64,000 nt of DNA from the NCBI GenBank assembly GCA_965279355.1, contig OZ257155.1, positions 4,276,230 to 4,340,229 of the forward strand, written 5' to 3'. How positions within the stretch are numbered: position 1 is the first letter of the stretch; each line of letters begins with the position of its first letter. The notes below the pieces were generated by a model. That model was not told the DNA's origin and did no database searches. It worked only from the letters and a program-made list of their open reading frames with translations. Source of the stretch: Alphaproteobacteria bacterium (GTDB lineage: Bacteria > Pseudomonadota > Alphaproteobacteria > CACIAM-22H2). Positions 61,607-64,000 of this stretch are shown piece after piece. The translations under genes were made by a program, and so were the position numbers.

Positions 61607-62577
61607 TCGATCACCTCGTCGGCGCGGGCGAGTAGCGCCGCCGGCACCGTCAGGCCGAGCGCTCGCGCGGTCTTGAGGTTAATCACGAATTCGAACCGGG
61701 TCGGATTTTGGACGGGCAGGTCGGCGGGATTCGCGCCCTTCAATATCCGATCGACATAATCGGCGGCGCGGCGAAACAAATCTACGGTATCAGCCCCGTA
61801 GACCATCAAGCCCCCGTCACGGTCGGCTACCGCCCGAACCGCGTAGATCACGGGCAGCCGCTGCTCGATGGCAAGCCGTGTCAATCGTGTGCTGTGCGTC
61901 GACAGGAATGGATCGGGCGGGACGATCAGGGCGGAGTGTCGCTCATTCGCGAGTGCCCGGATGGCATTCGTAAGGTCGGCTTCGGTGCGGACATCCGATA
62001 CCTGCATCGTCAGCCTGAGCGACGAGGCGGCAGTTTCGATTGCTTGAAGATACCCGCCGGCAGAAGACGCCGTTGAGTTGAAGACGAATCCGACGCGTCT
62101 GAGATCCGGAGCAATCTCGCGCAGCAGTTCCAACCATTTCTCCCCGAGCGTGGGCTCGAACAGTGTAAAGCCGGTGATGTTGCCGCCAGGCCGGGCAAGA
62201 CTCGCCACCAGCCCGGCGCGGACGGGATCGTTGAGCGTCGGACAAACAATGGGAATCGTGCCCGTCTCGCGTTGGACCGCAGCCGTGACGGGATTGGTGT
62301 GGGCAAGCATGACCTCAGGCCGAAGCGCAACGAGTTCTCGCGCCAGCGGTACGATACGCTCGCTGATGCCGCTAGTAGAGCGGATATCGAGATGAAGACT
62401 CTCATCTTCACGCCAGCCGCGCTCGTGCAGGCGCAGGCGGAAGGCGTCGAGATTGGGTGTCGCATCTATCGCCATCAACACGCCGACGCGTCGCAGGCGG
62501 TCGGATTGCGCGCGCGCAAACTGCGGTCCCGCCATGGAAGCGCCGGCGGTTAGCGCAATAAAGTCGCGCCGCTTCAC
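61603..62577 (-). CDS. orphan ABC-type periplasmic substrate-binding protein (PF04392 family), copy B
   Basis: 324 aa from the GTG at 62575-62577 ([24 protein letters not shown]). It overlaps the copy C stop as GTGA. The track ORF 61603..63021 is over-extended by 148 codons. Confidence 0.85.
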   Translation of the reverse strand: MKRRDFIALTAGASMAGPQFARAQSDRLRRVGVLMAIDATPNLDAFRLRLHERGWREDESLHLDIRSTSGISERIVPLARELVALRPEVMLAHTNPVTAAVQRETGTIPIVCPTLNDPVRAGLVASLARPGGNITGFTLFEPTLGEKWLELLREIAPDLRRVGFVFNSTASSAGGYLQAIETAASSLRLTMQVSDVRTEADLTNAIRALANERHSALIVPPDPFLSTHSTRLTRLAIEQRLPVIYAVRAVADRDGGLMVYGADTVDLFRRAADYVDRILKGANPADLPVQNPTRFEFVINLKTARALGLTVPAALLARADEVIE

Positions 62578-63554
62578 TCGATCACCTCGTCGGCGCGGAA
62601 GAGCACCGACTGCGGAATGGCGATCCCGAGCGCCCGCGCGGTCTTGAGGTTCACGATCAGCTCGAACTTGATCGGGTTCTGAACCGGAATCTCCCCGGGG
62701 TTCGCGCCGCGCAAGATACGGTCGACCACATCCGCGCCGCGGCGGAACGAGTCTACGACGTCGGGGCCGTAGGAGACCAAACCGCCGGCCTGTGCGAACG
62801 CACCCTGGCTCCACATTGCTGGCAGCCGGGTGGCGGCGAGCACGGCGATAATGGCGTCGCGGTGTCCGGCGGAAAACGAGGAGGATGCAATCACGACGCC
62901 ACCCGGCTCGCCCCGCGCGAAGGCGGAGACGGCGGTCTCCAGATTCACCATGTCGCGGGTCGACACAATCGACAGATCGAGAGACAAGGTGCGCGCCGCC
63001 GCCGTGACCGCCTCCTGCCAATACGAGATCTCGGGATTATCGACGAACAGGATGCGTCCGATGCCGGGCGTGATCTCCTTAAGCGTTTCCAGCCACTTTC
63101 CGCTGATCGCGAAGTCGACGTAATTGGTGAGGCCGGTAATGTTGCCACCGGGAAGGGCGAGGCTTTGCACGAAGCCTTGCGCGACCGGTTCTTGAATCAT
63201 TTGAAAGACGATCGGGATGGTCGACGTCCGCTCGCGGAGCGCACTCACCCCGACATTTCCCATAGCCACGATGGCATCCGGCGAGTTCGCGACGATCTCA
63301 GCAGCGTAAGTCCGCATTCGCGCATTGTCGCCACTACCCCAGCGGGTAACGATATTCAGATTGCGTCCCGCCGCCCAGCCCAGCGCCTCCAGCCGTTCGA
63401 AGAACGCGGCGTTGCGAGCCTGTTGCGCCGGGTCGTTTTCGGCCGAGGTCAGCAGCATGCCGATGCGGCGTACGCGCTCGCTTTGCGCGCGCGCAAACTG
63501 CGTTCCCGCCACGAAAACGCCGGCAGCCAGCGCAATGACGTCGCGCCGCTTCAC
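62574..63554 (-). CDS. orphan ABC-type periplasmic substrate-binding protein (PF04392 family), copy C
   Basis: 326 aa ([24 protein letters not shown]...) from a GTG start overlapping the stop of the truncated fourth copy. It is about 90% identical in nucleotides to copy A over its whole length. Confidence 0.85.
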   Translation of the reverse strand: MKRRDVIALAAGVFVAGTQFARAQSERVRRIGMLLTSAENDPAQQARNAAFFERLEALGWAAGRNLNIVTRWGSGDNARMRTYAAEIVANSPDAIVAMGNVGVSALRERTSTIPIVFQMIQEPVAQGFVQSLALPGGNITGLTNYVDFAISGKWLETLKEITPGIGRILFVDNPEISYWQEAVTAAARTLSLDLSIVSTRDMVNLETAVSAFARGEPGGVVIASSSFSAGHRDAIIAVLAATRLPAMWSQGAFAQAGGLVSYGPDVVDSFRRGADVVDRILRGANPGEIPVQNPIKFELIVNLKTARALGIAIPQSVLFRADEVIE

Positions 63555-63822
63555 TCGATCACCTCATCGGTGCGAATCAGCAGCGCTGGCGAGGCGGTGA
63601 TGCCGAGCGCCTTTGCGGTCTTGAGGTTGATGACCAGCTCGAATTTCATCGGCTGATATAACCGTGGTCGCACAAGCCTTCGCGAAACAGGGTCAGGAAC
63701 GGTTTATGGCTGCCGATCAGCAGGATGGCGATATTGGGAATGGGGGGCGGTTGCTGGGCTCTGGCCAGCAGAGGCCACGCAGTTACGCTTCCGGCGAGTG
63801 TTAAGAACAGACGTCGTTTCAC
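63551..63822 (-). pseudogene. deletion-scarred fourth copy of the PF04392 binding-protein gene
   Basis: A GTG at 63822 (SD GGGGGA) opens [58 protein letters not shown], the N-terminal 58 aa of a paralog. This runs straight into ATGAAATTCGAG, which encodes the last 33 aa ([32 protein letters not shown]) in another frame. About 235 internal codons are missing. Confidence 0.55.
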
Positions 63823-64000
63823 GTTTCCCCCGCACTGCCATGCCGGGGAAGCTTAGACACTTTTAGTCTACGGAGCCAGCTGCCGCGATTTTCAGTCCTT
63901 CTTTTGCACAACCCGCCGGTCGCAGCACGTCGGCGATTTCATCCAGGATCGCCGGGTCTTGAGATCGCACCGGGACAGGTTTAGGAGGGGGTCAGCTCGG

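Larger units (their letters stand above)
60626..63554 (-). repeat. two direct repeats of about 0.98 kb (copies A and C of the binding-protein gene, about 90% nt identity) flanking copy B
   Basis: Direct nucleotide comparison of 60626-61606 with 62574-63554 shows long identical runs throughout, not only at the conserved 3' junction. Confidence 0.8.

Noticed and set aside
63863-64000. Open minus-strand frame running off the right edge and ending at TAA 63863-63865 (...PAILDEIADVLRPAGCAKEGLKIAAAGSVD*).
   Set aside because: Too short and GC3 too mixed to call. It may be the C-terminus of a gene beyond the window, or the promoter region of the binding-protein array.

Overview
This is a high-GC (about 65%) alphaproteobacterial chromosomal window; gene content and codon usage look Bradyrhizobiaceae-like, which is an inference. 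Positions 1-13070 hold the division/cell-wall (dcw) cluster on the minus strand: murB'(partial)-murC-murG-ftsW-murD-mraY-murF-murE-ftsI-ftsL-rsmH-mraZ. Most gene junctions there overlap as ATGA. Upstream of mraZ lie 10-bp-phased TGGGA repeats (a candidate MraZ operator), a low-GC spacer with a doubtful small ORF, and an RNase P RNA gene (rnpB, minus strand) that an ORF track cannot show. Next come an AmpD-like amidase, then a peptide-type ABC transporter (fused double ATPase, binding protein, two permeases) followed by FAH-family hydrolase, zinc-ribbon metallopeptidase, amidohydrolase and a 1203-aa fused hydantoinase/5-oxoprolinase. A 112-bp MITE-like element with perfect 22-bp inverted repeats follows. 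After it is a TetR-controlled module: Rieske oxygenase alpha subunit, TctC-type binding protein and a lone form-II CoxL-like molybdopterin subunit. Further right are a MocR regulator with DUF983 and an FAD-linked oxidase, an OpgC acyltransferase operon with two paralogous SGNH hydrolases, AsmA, and both class II (fumC) and class I fumarases. Also present are degP with an OmpR/histidine-kinase pair, and a permuted two-piece tmRNA gene (ssrA) immediately upstream of sspB. The right end carries a tandem array of three intact plus one deletion-scarred orphan PF04392-type periplasmic binding-protein genes. These are translationally coupled through GTGA junctions to a membrane adenylate cyclase with a periplasmic sensor and HAMP domain. 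Many ORF-track entries are N-terminally over-extended or are long antisense ORFs typical of high-GC DNA; corrected starts are given. No tRNA, rRNA, CRISPR, IS or prophage genes were seen.
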